A stretch of DNA of 57,193 bases, taken from assembly GCA_045863295.1 (NCBI GenBank), contig BTWA01000039.1, positions 1-57,193 on the forward strand, given 5' to 3'. The stretch comes from Candidatus Hydrogenedentota bacterium (lineage in GTDB: Bacteria > Hydrogenedentota > Hydrogenedentia > Hydrogenedentales > SLHB01). The notes below the pieces were generated by a model. That model was given only the letters and a program-made list of their open reading frames with translations. It searched no databases and was not told where the DNA came from. Positions 17,871-27,806 of the stretch are shown here, in pieces. The translations under genes and the position numbers were made by a program. The stretch's first letter is position 1. Each line of letters opens with the position of its first letter.

Positions 17871-18646
17871 TGTACTTCTCTCCACTGCCGGACGACCCGA
17901 GAAATAAGGTCTACCATCGCCGTGTTGCCGTCTTTTTCACCCTTCTCAAAATCGTTTTCAACCGTGGCCAACTGATTGGTCACGTGCGCGAAGCAGACAA
18001 TGGCGACGTTCTTGGCCTCCGCCAGGGCGTACAGCGCTGCCGCTTCCATCTCGACCGCCAACAATCCTTCCGACCTTGCGAAAGCGATCGCTTCTTCTGT
18101 TTCTCGAAATGGCGCGTCGGTGGTCCAGACACCACCCTGGACAATATTCCCCTCGCTCGCCACCAGGGTCTGTCCGACCGCGAGCATGTCCTTCGGAATG
18201 TTCACATAGGTTGTCGGTGGAAGGTAGTGGTAGCTGGTTCCTTCGTCGCGTAAGGCACGGTCGATGAGCACGAAATACGGAGGCTGACCTGCGGGGACGA
18301 TCTGCCCGGCCGAGGTAATGCTGATTAGAACCCGGCACCCGGAGTTGAATAGCTCTTCTGCCACCAGCACGGCAAATGAAGCCCCAACCGCACAACCCAG
18401 CACACCCGCAGTTTCGCCATCGATCTCGATCTCGTAAAGCTCTGTGTGGTAGCAGGCCCAATATGGATTGCGCGGAGCCCCTGACTCACGGAGATGTCGG
18501 AAAAGGTCCCCGTCCGGGTCAAGGACACAGACATCTGGCACGGCGCCAGAGGGTAGTGTCCTTTGACGCCGCGCTGCCTCAAGAAGGTTAGCCGGCTCGA
18601 ACACCGACGGCCGGTCATAATGCTTGTTCTTTAGTATCTGCGTCAT
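17867..18646 (-). CDS. Nucleoside phosphorylase (PNP/UDP family)
   Basis: ALRDEGTSYHY, WTTDAPFRET, AVEMEAAALY. Confidence 0.88.
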   Translation of the reverse strand: MTQILKNKHYDRPSVFEPANLLEAARRQRTLPSGAVPDVCVLDPDGDLFRHLRESGAPRNPYWACYHTELYEIEIDGETAGVLGCAVGASFAVLVAEELFNSGCRVLISITSAGQIVPAGQPPYFVLIDRALRDEGTSYHYLPPTTYVNIPKDMLAVGQTLVASEGNIVQGGVWTTDAPFRETEEAIAFARSEGLLAVEMEAAALYALAEAKNVAIVCFAHVTNQLATVENDFEKGEKDGNTAMVDLISRVVRQWREVQ

Positions 18647-18652
18647 ACTAGT

Positions 18653-19324
18653 TCACTCTTCGCCAATGGCCACCTTGAAACCGTGCGCCCGCCAGTCCTG
18701 CACTCCGTCCTCCAACCGCACCGCCCGGTAACCTTTGGCGCGAAGGACCTCCACCGCCTGTACCGCCAAAACGCAGTAGGGTCCTCGACAGTACGCGACA
18801 ATTTCTGCGTCGTTGGGAAACTCCGCCAATCGGCTCTCCAACTCTTTTAAGGGAATGGAGACCGCTCCCGGAATATGTCCCGCGTGGTATTCCTCACAGG
18901 GGCGCACATCGATCACGGTCACGCTCTTGCGGCGAACGCGCTCTACAAGTTCCTCTCGGTCAACGGCCTCAAGTCCCTCACGACCCTCCAGGAAGCGGCG
19001 AGTGATATGCTCAATGTCTGCAAGCCGCTTTGCTGCCAGAAGCCTCATACTCCGAAAGAACTCACAGACCGCCGGATCGGCAATCTCGTAGATCACGTAT
19101 AGGCCGTCCTTGTGGCTCTCGACTAGGCTGGCGCCGCGAAGAATGTGAAGATGCCGGGAGGTATTGGCAACCGTGAGATTGGATTCCTGAGCGAGCGTCT
19201 CCACGGTTCTCGGCCCCTGGCATATGAGATCCAATAGCTCGAGTCGTTTCGGGCTAGAGACAGCCTTTCCAATCCGGGCGAATTGCTCGTAGATCGCGTC
19301 TTTGTAGCGCCTATTGGGATTCAC
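18653..19324 (-). CDS. ArsR/SmtB regulator fused to a rhodanese domain
   Basis: HTH region (PKRLELLDL...NTSRHL) followed by IDVRP..EY.AGHIPGA and AYCRGPYC. Confidence 0.92.
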   Translation of the reverse strand: MNPNRRYKDAIYEQFARIGKAVSSPKRLELLDLICQGPRTVETLAQESNLTVANTSRHLHILRGASLVESHKDGLYVIYEIADPAVCEFFRSMRLLAAKRLADIEHITRRFLEGREGLEAVDREELVERVRRKSVTVIDVRPCEEYHAGHIPGAVSIPLKELESRLAEFPNDAEIVAYCRGPYCVLAVQAVEVLRAKGYRAVRLEDGVQDWRAHGFKVAIGEE

Positions 19325-19344
19325 GAAAGCCCCTTTCCATCAAT

Positions 19345-19366
19345 TATTCCATCAAGCAATTGAATA
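19345..19366. promoter_or_regulatory. Putative ArsR operator
   Basis: TATTCCAT-caagca-ATTGAATA (7/8 inverted match) just upstream of the ArsR-rhodanese start. Confidence 0.5.
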
Positions 19367-19569
19367 GTAGAATATACTCACCGTCGTGTCAAGAGTGGTG
19401 CGCCCAAGGTATTCGCGCCTTGTGAGTTAACTCATCCTTTCGATAGCGAGAGTCGAAAGAACAGACCGTTCGGTTGCTGACGACCAGCTACTTCAAGCAT
19501 TTCTTTTCCCCCAGTTTACATCGCACTGCACAGGGTTAGCTTGTTGGGCGACGTTCAAGATCATTATTC

Positions 19570-19599
19570 TTGACTGACTAAGTCAGTTATGGTAAAACT
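19570..19599 (+). promoter_or_regulatory. Promoter with TetR-type operator
   Basis: TTGACT-N17-TAAAAC, with perfect palindrome ACTGACT-a-AGTCAGT at 19573-19587. Confidence 0.6.
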
Positions 19600-19604
19600 C
19601 CCTC

Positions 19605-20309
19605 ATGACAAGAAAGCGACCCGAAGACAGACTCCAGAAATTGGTCGAGACGGCCACTGAAGTGTTCATCGTCGCGCAAAGCTATCAGCGAACGCAGATG
19701 GACGACGTGGCCAAGGCGCTCGGCGTATCGAAAGGCACGGTGTACTTGTATGTGGCGAGCAAAGAGGCGCTGTTCGACTTGTGCGTGCGCCACGCCGACG
19801 CCCCTGAGGCCCTGACTGACTCGACGATAGAGCTTCCCCATCGTTCAGCCGATTCTGGCGCGACCCTCGAATTCGTTCAGGCTCAACTCGCCGGAGACAA
19901 AGCCCTGGGGGAGATGCTTACACTGCTTTCCGAGGAAAAATGCAGTGACGCTGGCCAGACGCTGGAAAGCATCGTTCGATTGCTGTATCGGACTTTGCTC
20001 GCTCACCGCAGGTCCATCAAGCTTGTCGAAGCGGCGGCTCAGGACCATCCGGGCCTCTCCGATGTCTGGTACCCGAACGCACGCGGCCAACTCCTGCAAG
20101 TCTTGCTGCCTTTCGTCGAGCGAAACATACAGTCCGGGGCATTCCGACGCGTGCGCAGCCCGGCCATGGCGGCACGGCATTTGATTGAAACCTGCACCTT
20201 CTGGGCCATTCATCGATACTGGGACCCAGCACCACAGGACGTTGACCCCGGCTCCATGGAAGATGGCCTCGTCGAATTGCTGCTTCCTGCCTTCATGGAG
20301 CATGCGTGA
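19605..20309 (+). CDS. TetR/AcrR-family regulator
   Basis: TQMDDVAKALGVSKGTVYLYVASKEALF. Confidence 0.92.
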   Translation: MTRKRPEDRLQKLVETATEVFIVAQSYQRTQMDDVAKALGVSKGTVYLYVASKEALFDLCVRHADAPEALTDSTIELPHRSADSGATLEFVQAQLAGDKALGEMLTLLSEEKCSDAGQTLESIVRLLYRTLLAHRRSIKLVEAAAQDHPGLSDVWYPNARGQLLQVLLPFVERNIQSGAFRRVRSPAMAARHLIETCTFWAIHRYWDPAPQDVDPGSMEDGLVELLLPAFMEHA

Positions 20310-21856
20310 TGACAAACCGGATAGAAGCGCCGACCGCCCCGCCCCTCGCGTGGCCCGTCCTGCTCAGTCTTATCGGCATACGTGTCGTGCTGTGGTTCTG
20401 CCTGGGCGACCGTTACGGCTATCATGGAGACGAGTTCTATTACATCGAGAGCACACGCCACCTCGACTACGGCTACGTGGACCATCCCCCGTTCGTGGTG
20501 TGGGCCGCCTATCTCGCTCAGCTAGTGCTCGGAGAATCTCTCCACGCATTGCGATTTCCGTCCATGGCGGCCGGTGTGGTCACAATCGCACTCACGGTTC
20601 TAGTCGTGCGTCAATTCGGCGGAGGAGTGTTGGCGCAGTTCCTAGGTGGATTCTGCGTGCTGTTCGCGCCGGTCTATCTTGTCATCGGCAACATGCTCGA
20701 CATTCCCGTATTCGAACAAGTTGCCTGGACGCTCGCGGCCTACCTAATCGTGCTCTCCGTCCGCCGCGACGCTCCAAGGCTCTGGGTGCTGGTCGGCGTA
20801 ACCGCGGGCGTGGGCCTGTTGATCAAGCACACGATGGTGCTCTGGGGTGTGGGTATCGCTGCGGGCCTGCTGCTCACCGAGCGCCGATCAGTGCTGCGAA
20901 CGCCGTGGCCCTGGGCCGGAGCGCTCGTGGCACTCGCGGTCTTCTCGCCCAATCTCGTTTGGCAAGCGCGCAACGGGTGGCCGACCCTGGAATTCATCCG
21001 TTCGATGGAAGGCGGTCCGCTCGCGGAAATTCCCCGAGTGCTGTTCGTGCTGGGACAGGTCCTTTACCAAGGCCCATTCTTCGCCTTCATCTGGATTCTC
21101 GGGTTGGTCTTCTTTTTCACCCGCCACGGGAAGCCGTATCGCCTTTTTGGCTGGCTGTACGTGGTGGTCTTCGCCATCGTTCTGGCAAGGCAGGGCAAGC
21201 CCTACTATCTGGCGGCGTGTTACCCGGTGCTTTTTGCGGGCGGGGCAGTATGGCTGGAGGCGTGGCTGCGCGAACCACGGCCGCGATGGATTCGTCGCAC
21301 CGTGGTCTTCACAACCGTCGTCGGAGGTATTGCTCTCGCGCCCCTCGCCGCTCCCGTTTTTCCGCTTCCACAGACGGAGGCTGGAATCGCCGTAGTGGTT
21401 GGCGGCGTTGTCGAACCTCAGGCCGTAACCGGCGATGCACGTGCCCAAATCGGCTGGGCCGAACAACTCGATCAACTGGCGGAGATGGCGAAGCGCGGAA
21501 GAGAGATGGAAGTCTTAGGGGAAGACTACATCTTCCTGTCCAACCGCTACAGTCTGACCGGAGCCGTTCAGGTCGTGGATACACAAAATCGGTTGGCTCC
21601 CGCATTCAGCGGCCACATGTCCTGGTACTACTGGGGTCCTCCACCCGAGTCCGCCAGTTCCGCGCTTGTTCACGGATATGCACCGGATCTGTTGGAACAC
21701 GTGTTTGTGCATGTTAACCAGATAGGGACGTTGGTTCATCCCATGGGAGAAGGCATCGAGTATCTGCGGCCCGCGCCGATCTACGCATGCACCGGGTTGC
21801 GAACACCATGGGCGGACGTTTGGCCGCGCTTCAGGAAGTTCAATCATGACGACTGA
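20306..21856 (+). CDS. GT39/ArnT-like (PMT_2) membrane glycosyltransferase
   Basis: HGDEFYY, GYVDHPP, multiple TM helices, GLLIKHT, PNLVWQARNGWP. Confidence 0.85.
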   Translation: MMTNRIEAPTAPPLAWPVLLSLIGIRVVLWFCLGDRYGYHGDEFYYIESTRHLDYGYVDHPPFVVWAAYLAQLVLGESLHALRFPSMAAGVVTIALTVLVVRQFGGGVLAQFLGGFCVLFAPVYLVIGNMLDIPVFEQVAWTLAAYLIVLSVRRDAPRLWVLVGVTAGVGLLIKHTMVLWGVGIAAGLLLTERRSVLRTPWPWAGALVALAVFSPNLVWQARNGWPTLEFIRSMEGGPLAEIPRVLFVLGQVLYQGPFFAFIWILGLVFFFTRHGKPYRLFGWLYVVVFAIVLARQGKPYYLAACYPVLFAGGAVWLEAWLREPRPRWIRRTVVFTTVVGGIALAPLAAPVFPLPQTEAGIAVVVGGVVEPQAVTGDARAQIGWAEQLDQLAEMAKRGREMEVLGEDYIFLSNRYSLTGAVQVVDTQNRLAPAFSGHMSWYYWGPPPESASSALVHGYAPDLLEHVFVHVNQIGTLVHPMGEGIEYLRPAPIYACTGLRTPWADVWPRFRKFNHDD

Positions 21857-23036
21857 CTCAATCGCTTCACCGCGGGCAAGGTTCGAAATCCGCCACGCCA
21901 CCTACTTGGCCACGCTGTTTTGTCTCCTCGTCGGTCCTCGGCTTTGTGCGGCTGCAAAGGAGCATCGCGTCGTTGGAATGGTGGCCGGACAGCACATCGA
22001 TGCGATGGCCGACAGCCCTTGTGTCTCAGAGTATGTCAATGCCCTAAACCAGAGAATGGAGATGTCGGAAACATTAGACTCAGCCATCAAGAAAGCGGAC
22101 GCCGCACCTCTGAATGCCGGGACCCTGCGCGATCTCAGCGCCCTCACCTCAGTGGATTTAGCCACCCTCTACTTCACGGCGCGGTTGTATCGGGATACCC
22201 AAAACCGCATTTATCAGGACGCATTCGCCGAACTCACTGAGCATTACCATGCGTCCGGTCCGGATAAGATCGGTAACTCCATACCCCTGAATCGCTACAC
22301 GCTTGCCTTTGTGCCCGGCTACGGCTACAAGATGGACACCAGCACGGGAAGCGATTTCGCCCGCCAGCGCGCTCTGATGGCTCGTCTCGGCATAGGCACT
22401 GTCCTGATCGAGACAAACGAGACGGGCACAGTCGAAGAGAATGCCACAATCATCGCGGACAATGTTCGTCAACTTGGCGAGGACGGGGAAGAAGTCATCA
22501 TCGTAAGTGCAAGCAAAGGCGGTCCAGAGGTCGCTCTCGCGCTAGGCGAGATCATGTCTCACGAAGATGCCCGGTTCGTGAAAGCGTGGATCAGTATTGG
22601 TGGCGTGCTGCGTGGCAGCCCCATGGCGGACCACATGCTTGGCTGGCCGCGACGCTGGCTCGTCGCCACCGTAGGCCGACTGCTTGGACACCCGAAAGGC
22701 ATCGCCAAGAATCTGAGCACCGACGTGCGCGGGGAGGTATTCGAGCGGATTGCCATACCCGAACACATTCTTACAGTACAGTACGTGGGAGCACCGCTTT
22801 GCAGTCAGGTTCGGAGAGAAACCCGCAAGCGTTATGCGACGCTGCACCCGCTCGGACCTAACGACGGACTCACCCTGTTGCCGGACGAACTGGTTGAGGG
22901 CGGGATCGCCGTGACCGACATTGGCCTCGACCACTATTATCGCGACTCGATGATCGACATGAAGACTTTGGCGCTTACGCAACTCGTCATCGGAAAACTG
23001 GCAGACCGCGAGTGCAGCGTGGCTCTCGAAAAATGA
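21846..23036 (+). CDS. Putative exported alpha/beta-hydrolase-fold protein
   Basis: Hydrophobic N-terminus, FVPG, nucleophile-elbow-like SASKGG, NDGL, late His (LDH). Confidence 0.55.
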   Translation: MTTDSIASPRARFEIRHATYLATLFCLLVGPRLCAAAKEHRVVGMVAGQHIDAMADSPCVSEYVNALNQRMEMSETLDSAIKKADAAPLNAGTLRDLSALTSVDLATLYFTARLYRDTQNRIYQDAFAELTEHYHASGPDKIGNSIPLNRYTLAFVPGYGYKMDTSTGSDFARQRALMARLGIGTVLIETNETGTVEENATIIADNVRQLGEDGEEVIIVSASKGGPEVALALGEIMSHEDARFVKAWISIGGVLRGSPMADHMLGWPRRWLVATVGRLLGHPKGIAKNLSTDVRGEVFERIAIPEHILTVQYVGAPLCSQVRRETRKRYATLHPLGPNDGLTLLPDELVEGGIAVTDIGLDHYYRDSMIDMKTLALTQLVIGKLADRECSVALEK

Positions 23037-23138
23037 TTCGTGTTTGCCATCGGGGTGTGGTTTCAAAAGACCCGTCCATAGAAGTGATGCTAGCCCCTAC
23101 GGAATTCAGTACGTAGGCCTCACGTCCGCTATGACGCA

Positions 23139-24782
23139 CTAAGGTCTATTGAGATGTTGGGGATCCGGCAGCCGGGTTTCCCTTGATATGGTGATTGCGA
23201 CGGCGGCGATGAGTATGGGACCAATCACCAGCGCGGCGGCAAGGAGGGTGAGCACGGCAACGTATGAGCGGGGGCTGTTAGCCTCGATGGAGAAGAGAGC
23301 GAGGAGAAGGGTCTCACCGCCGGGCGGGTGCAAGAGCATGATGATGCCGATGTCGCCCATGCAAAGGATGAACAGGCAAACGGTGGTTATGAGCACGGGC
23401 GTGCGAAGTATGGGCAGGTCGATGAACAGAATCCGAGCCCAGAATCCAGCGCCATCCAGCTCCGCGGCCTCGTACAACTCGGAAGGGATCTGTCGCATGC
23501 TGGAAGTGATGGCGTAGTAGGCCACGATCTGAAATCGGACGAAGAGGGCTCCCGTCACGAGCGCTTGTCCGCCAATCCACTCAGACCAGGGGGGCTTGCC
23601 GTACAGTTCGAGCAGCGACAGGCCTAGAATGGCGCTAGGAATTACGAAGCCGACGAGCAGCAGGAACTCAATGCCAGTTCTTCTCATTCCGAGGGTATCT
23701 CTCAGGCAGACGCCGAATCCTATGGCGAATGCGATGGCGAGCGCCGCAGCCAGCACGGCGTGGAAAATACTTTGCAGTGCAGGCCCGGCTGCCAGTGGCG
23801 CCATTGCGGACCACGCGTCTGGAGCCAGTCCAGAAAGCCAGACCGTCGAGAAAGGACACAGGGTTGATATGCATAGCAGAGCAGCCGTCAAAGTGGCCCG
23901 TGTCCACCAACCGCGCCGGGAGACCATCGGAAATGGAAGGAACTCCCCGGTGCCGTGATCGGCCGGATCGGCGCGAATGAATGCCGGGAGAATTGTCAGG
24001 ACCAGTAGCCCCAGGAGAAGCAAGGGAAACATCAAGATCGTGGCGGCAGCCACGTCATTGAAGGCGGCGAGTTGCGTGAGGACCTCGAAGCTGAACACCC
24101 GCACCTTGAGCAGGGTGGGAACACCACTTTCCGAAGCGGTCATAATGGCGGTCAGTGCCGCGCCCGCGAAAATGGCGGGACGAACGGCGGGCCAATACGC
24201 GTGTCGAAAAATGGAAAAACCGCCTGCGCCGAACACCCGGGCTGTCTCGGAAAACGAGCGCGGCACCAGCGCAAGGGATTTTTCGGTGAACAGGGCGATT
24301 AGTGGAAAGTAAGCGAAGGCGAGAATCATTGCAGCGCCCGGAATGGACTGTAGCGTTTCCGATGGCATGCTGGGCCGCACGCCGCAAAGGCTGGTCAGTG
24401 AGGTTGCCAGTAGTCCGTTGGGCCGGAGGAGCGTGGTCCATCCAATCCCGTGCAGGTAGGGGGGGAGCGCCAGAGGAATCAGAAGCAGTGTCCGAAACAC
24501 GGCCCGGCCACGCCATTCGGAAGTTCCCATTGCGAAGCCCGCGATGCAGCCCAGCACCGCCGCCCCGATGGATGCGAGTATCGCAAGGTATACGGTATTT
24601 GTCAGTGTTCCAAGAGCATGCGCGGTAAACAACGCACTGTGCCCCGTCCGATCAGTGAACGCACGTGCGATTAGCATCGCCACTGGTATCACGGATAACG
24701 CGATGGCCGGCGAGGCCAGCACGAACATTCTGGAGAAGCCGCGGACTTGTCTTAGGCCCGGTTTCAGGGATTTTCGACCCAA
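23139..24782 (-). CDS. Fe(III)-type ABC transporter permease (FbpB-like)
   Basis: Two EAA loops (ETARVFGAG, EAAELDGAG), LPPYLHGIGW, many TM helices. Confidence 0.85.
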   Translation of the reverse strand: MGRKSLKPGLRQVRGFSRMFVLASPAIALSVIPVAMLIARAFTDRTGHSALFTAHALGTLTNTVYLAILASIGAAVLGCIAGFAMGTSEWRGRAVFRTLLLIPLALPPYLHGIGWTTLLRPNGLLATSLTSLCGVRPSMPSETLQSIPGAAMILAFAYFPLIALFTEKSLALVPRSFSETARVFGAGGFSIFRHAYWPAVRPAIFAGAALTAIMTASESGVPTLLKVRVFSFEVLTQLAAFNDVAAATILMFPLLLLGLLVLTILPAFIRADPADHGTGEFLPFPMVSRRGWWTRATLTAALLCISTLCPFSTVWLSGLAPDAWSAMAPLAAGPALQSIFHAVLAAALAIAFAIGFGVCLRDTLGMRRTGIEFLLLVGFVIPSAILGLSLLELYGKPPWSEWIGGQALVTGALFVRFQIVAYYAITSSMRQIPSELYEAAELDGAGFWARILFIDLPILRTPVLITTVCLFILCMGDIGIIMLLHPPGGETLLLALFSIEANSPRSYVAVLTLLAAALVIGPILIAAVAITISRETRLPDPQHLNRP

Positions 24783-25807
24783 CGCTTTAGATCCCCCATG
24801 AGCGCATCGAGACGCTGGGCGACCCGCGCGTAGTTGATCTGCATGGGCCTTACGGTAGCCACGGGAAATGCATCCGAAGTAACAGGCACGTTGGGTGAAA
24901 GCGGCGCTTGGGCGCAGGACTTGGCCAACATGACCTGTACTTCCGGGGACAAGAGGTAATCGAACACTACCTTGGCTCCCTCGGGATTGGGGCCGTTCTG
25001 GATAAGCGAAAGTGTGTTGGGGATAACAAGTGTGCCGAGTGCCGAGCCTCCCTCACTCAGGGGGGCCTGGTCAAGAAAAACCATACGAACGGGTTGGCTA
25101 TCCTTGATGGCTTCCGCGGCGTCATCGGTATCGGTAAGGCCGGCGGCGGCCTGGCCCGAAGCGACCCGCCGCTTGACCTCGCCATTGCTGCTGACGATTT
25201 GCAGTTCGTTCTGTTTCAATTCGCGCAACCACTTCCAAGCCTGCTCGTCGCCCCATGCGTCGAACAGGGCGGCAACATGATACGACGTGGTGCCGAAGAG
25301 CGGATTGGCCAAGGCCACGCGTCCTTTCCATTCGGGACCAACAAGGTCGGTCAAGCGCTTGGGTTCCTGTCCCTCGGGCACCAGGTCCGTGTTCACAAGA
25401 AGTACGCGCGCACGTGCGGAGAAGCCCGTCCAGTGGCCATCGGGATCGACAAAAACGGGGGATATGCCCGAAGCTACGGGCGATCGATACGCATCAGTCA
25501 CGCCTTCCAGCTTCAGCAAGGCCGCGCGCCCGGCATCGCCGCTCCAAAAGATGTCGCCATCGGGATTGTCCCTGCGGGCCAACAAACGGTTCACGAGGCC
25601 CGTACTCTTGGTCTCTTCCGTATCGTAGACCCCGACAACGCGAAGACCGAGCACCTTGCCAGCCTCTCGCAGGACCGGCTCGGCGAACACCCGATCCACG
25701 GAAGTGTAGACAACGACTTGCTGTGCGTCGTCTCTTGCGGTATTTCCGCATCCGTTGAGGCAAGAGCAAATGACGACTGCAACCAGAAGTGTAAGTGCGT
25801 GCTTCAT
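24764..25807 (-). CDS. Fe(III)-type ABC substrate-binding lipoprotein
   Basis: Start MKHALTLL at 25807, lipobox-like LNGC, VVVYTSVD, ALANPLFGTT, TDTDD. Confidence 0.85.
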   Translation of the reverse strand: MKHALTLLVAVVICSCLNGCGNTARDDAQQVVVYTSVDRVFAEPVLREAGKVLGLRVVGVYDTEETKSTGLVNRLLARRDNPDGDIFWSGDAGRAALLKLEGVTDAYRSPVASGISPVFVDPDGHWTGFSARARVLLVNTDLVPEGQEPKRLTDLVGPEWKGRVALANPLFGTTSYHVAALFDAWGDEQAWKWLRELKQNELQIVSSNGEVKRRVASGQAAAGLTDTDDAAEAIKDSQPVRMVFLDQAPLSEGGSALGTLVIPNTLSLIQNGPNPEGAKVVFDYLLSPEVQVMLAKSCAQAPLSPNVPVTSDAFPVATVRPMQINYARVAQRLDALMGDLKRWVENP

Positions 25808-25827
25808 AGAATGTTTGTCCTCATGGC

Positions 25828-26868
25828 TCAAGGCGCGACATTTACCGAACCGACCACGAGCCGCTTGGGTGCGGGACCCACGTCCACCGTGGCGGTAACC
25901 TTGCGCGCCTGCGCGTCGATGATGGAGACATTGTTCGAGCCCGTGTTGCTTACGACGGCGAGGCGGCCATCCGGAGTGAAGTCGAGCCAGTTGGGGTCCC
26001 GGCCGACCTGGACGGTTGCAAGAATTTTCTGGTCCGTCGCGCTTAGAATCGTGACCGAATCCGTCGTCTGTGTCGATACCCAGAGTTCGCTGACACCCGG
26101 AGCAAAGGCGATTCCGTGCGCATCCTTCCCCTCCTCCGCAAAGACCGGTTCGCCCAGCGCCACGCGGTCGATCACTTTCCCTGACGCCAGGTCGATGACC
26201 AACGCGCCGTTGAGCCACCGTATCGTCTGATAGAGCTTGTCACCGGCGCGGTTCAGGGTTGGAACGCGCGGCATGGCGAAGACCGGTATCTCGCCGATCA
26301 CCTCCCACTGCTCCGCATCGAGAATGGCAAGTTTCATGTCGCCTTCGCAGGTTACAAAGATGCGCTTTCCCTCCTGACTCAGCAGTGCGATATGGGGCGC
26401 CCTTCCGACGGCTGGCTTGGCAAGCACGTCGCCGGTGTGGGCGTCTACCACGGCCACAGCGTCTTCCCCGTTTAGCGCGACAAAGACATACCTTCCATCG
26501 GTACTCACTTCTAGCTGATGGGGGGTTTTGCCCACGGGTACCGTCTTTGTCACAAGGTTCGACACCGCATCGATAAAGCAAAAGGTTCCGTCGCCTTCGT
26601 TCGACACATATACTGCCGAGCCGTCGGGGGCTATGCCTACGCCGTGAGGCTTCTTACCGGTCTTCACGTCGGCGATCAACGTTCCAGCCACGGGATCGAT
26701 CACGGAGACCGAATCGCCATTCCAGTTGGTCACGTATGCCCGATCCGCTTTGTTCGAAGCGGTGGCCTCTTCCGCGCTCGCGGCCAGACACGCGGCTGCT
26801 GTTCCAACGAACATCCAGACGAACATCCGGAAAACAGACTTGGCTTGTAAACGTAATGTCGCGCTCAT
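25828..26868 (-). CDS. YVTN/YncE beta-propeller protein, exported
   Basis: Signal peptide; repeats AYVTN..DSVSVID, PHGVGIAPDG, VYVSN. Confidence 0.88.
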   Translation of the reverse strand: MSATLRLQAKSVFRMFVWMFVGTAAACLAASAEEATASNKADRAYVTNWNGDSVSVIDPVAGTLIADVKTGKKPHGVGIAPDGSAVYVSNEGDGTFCFIDAVSNLVTKTVPVGKTPHQLEVSTDGRYVFVALNGEDAVAVVDAHTGDVLAKPAVGRAPHIALLSQEGKRIFVTCEGDMKLAILDAEQWEVIGEIPVFAMPRVPTLNRAGDKLYQTIRWLNGALVIDLASGKVIDRVALGEPVFAEEGKDAHGIAFAPGVSELWVSTQTTDSVTILSATDQKILATVQVGRDPNWLDFTPDGRLAVVSNTGSNNVSIIDAQARKVTATVDVGPAPKRLVVGSVNVAP

Positions 26869-27803
26869 TCTGATGGCCCCTTTGCGTTTTGTCCGTTATC
26901 CAGCAAGTCCAGGGCCGTTTTCAGACTCCGGGCGAGCGTCGCTGTCGGGCCTCGGCCCCAATAGTGCAAGAACAATATTTTGGGATTCTCGGACTCCATA
27001 TGGTGGTGGATGGCAACGATGTTGATGCCCGCAGAACGCAGGGACTTGAGAACACCTTGGAGCTCTCCCTCCAGAACGGCAAAGTCACCGTCCACGAGAG
27101 CGACTTCATCGGAGCCGTAGAACGCGGCCCATGTGTTGACGCCCATTTCCTTGCCCACTTCGCAGCCACAGGGCATGTTCGTTTTGCGTCCGATGACGAC
27201 CTTGAACATGCCGTCTTTGGCTTGTCCCTTGCCGAGAACATTCTCGATTGGCCCCGGCGTAAGGCTGCTCGTCGCGGGCAGGGGTTCCATGCCGAAGCCC
27301 TTCGCGATCTCGGGCGTAGCGGCCCTGATTTCTTTTACCTTGTCCTGAAGTTGCTTCACGGCTCCAGCGAGTGCGACGGGATCTCCCTCGCCGCCGATGT
27401 GCATGAAGTACACTTTGGGCTCATCGTAGAAGAAGTGGTTGTGCAGGGCGGTCACGTCCAGCCCGTTGTCCAGCGCGACGCTCATCGCGGGATTGACTTC
27501 GTCCTGGAAGAGCACCATGTCGCCCATGACCATGGCCTCTTCCTTTACGCCCGGTTTGAACGCGGCCCAACTGGTCAGGCCCATGAAGGGCGGCAAGATG
27601 GTTCCGTCAACGCTGACCTTCACATCGTTTCTTGGGTAAGTGACTTTGAAGACGCCTTCTTCTTCGCTAAGCGTTCCTTTCGCCCCAGCGGCCTCCTCGA
27701 TCTTGACGGTGTCGAGTTGGGCGAAAGCGGAGCCGCCAAACAAGTACAAGGCAATCATGACCAACAGAGAAGAATTTCGAAGCATGGCCTGTTTCCCAAT
27801 CAT
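26865..27803 (-). CDS. DUF1259 (LppY/LpqO-like) exported protein
   Basis: Duplicated WAAF...GD...A(L/I)H(N/H)H...F(M/L)H domains after a signal peptide. Confidence 0.85.
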   Translation of the reverse strand: MIGKQAMLRNSSLLVMIALYLFGGSAFAQLDTVKIEEAAGAKGTLSEEEGVFKVTYPRNDVKVSVDGTILPPFMGLTSWAAFKPGVKEEAMVMGDMVLFQDEVNPAMSVALDNGLDVTALHNHFFYDEPKVYFMHIGGEGDPVALAGAVKQLQDKVKEIRAATPEIAKGFGMEPLPATSSLTPGPIENVLGKGQAKDGMFKVVIGRKTNMPCGCEVGKEMGVNTWAAFYGSDEVALVDGDFAVLEGELQGVLKSLRSAGINIVAIHHHMESENPKILFLHYWGRGPTATLARSLKTALDLLDNGQNAKGPSE

Positions 27804-27806
27804 GTG

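Noticed and set aside
20185..21717. 510-aa alternative-frame ORF
   Set aside because: Arg/Pro-rich frame overlapping the GT39 gene.
25808..26218. Extension of the binding-protein ORF
   Set aside because: Overlaps the beta-propeller gene; the signal peptide starts at 25807.
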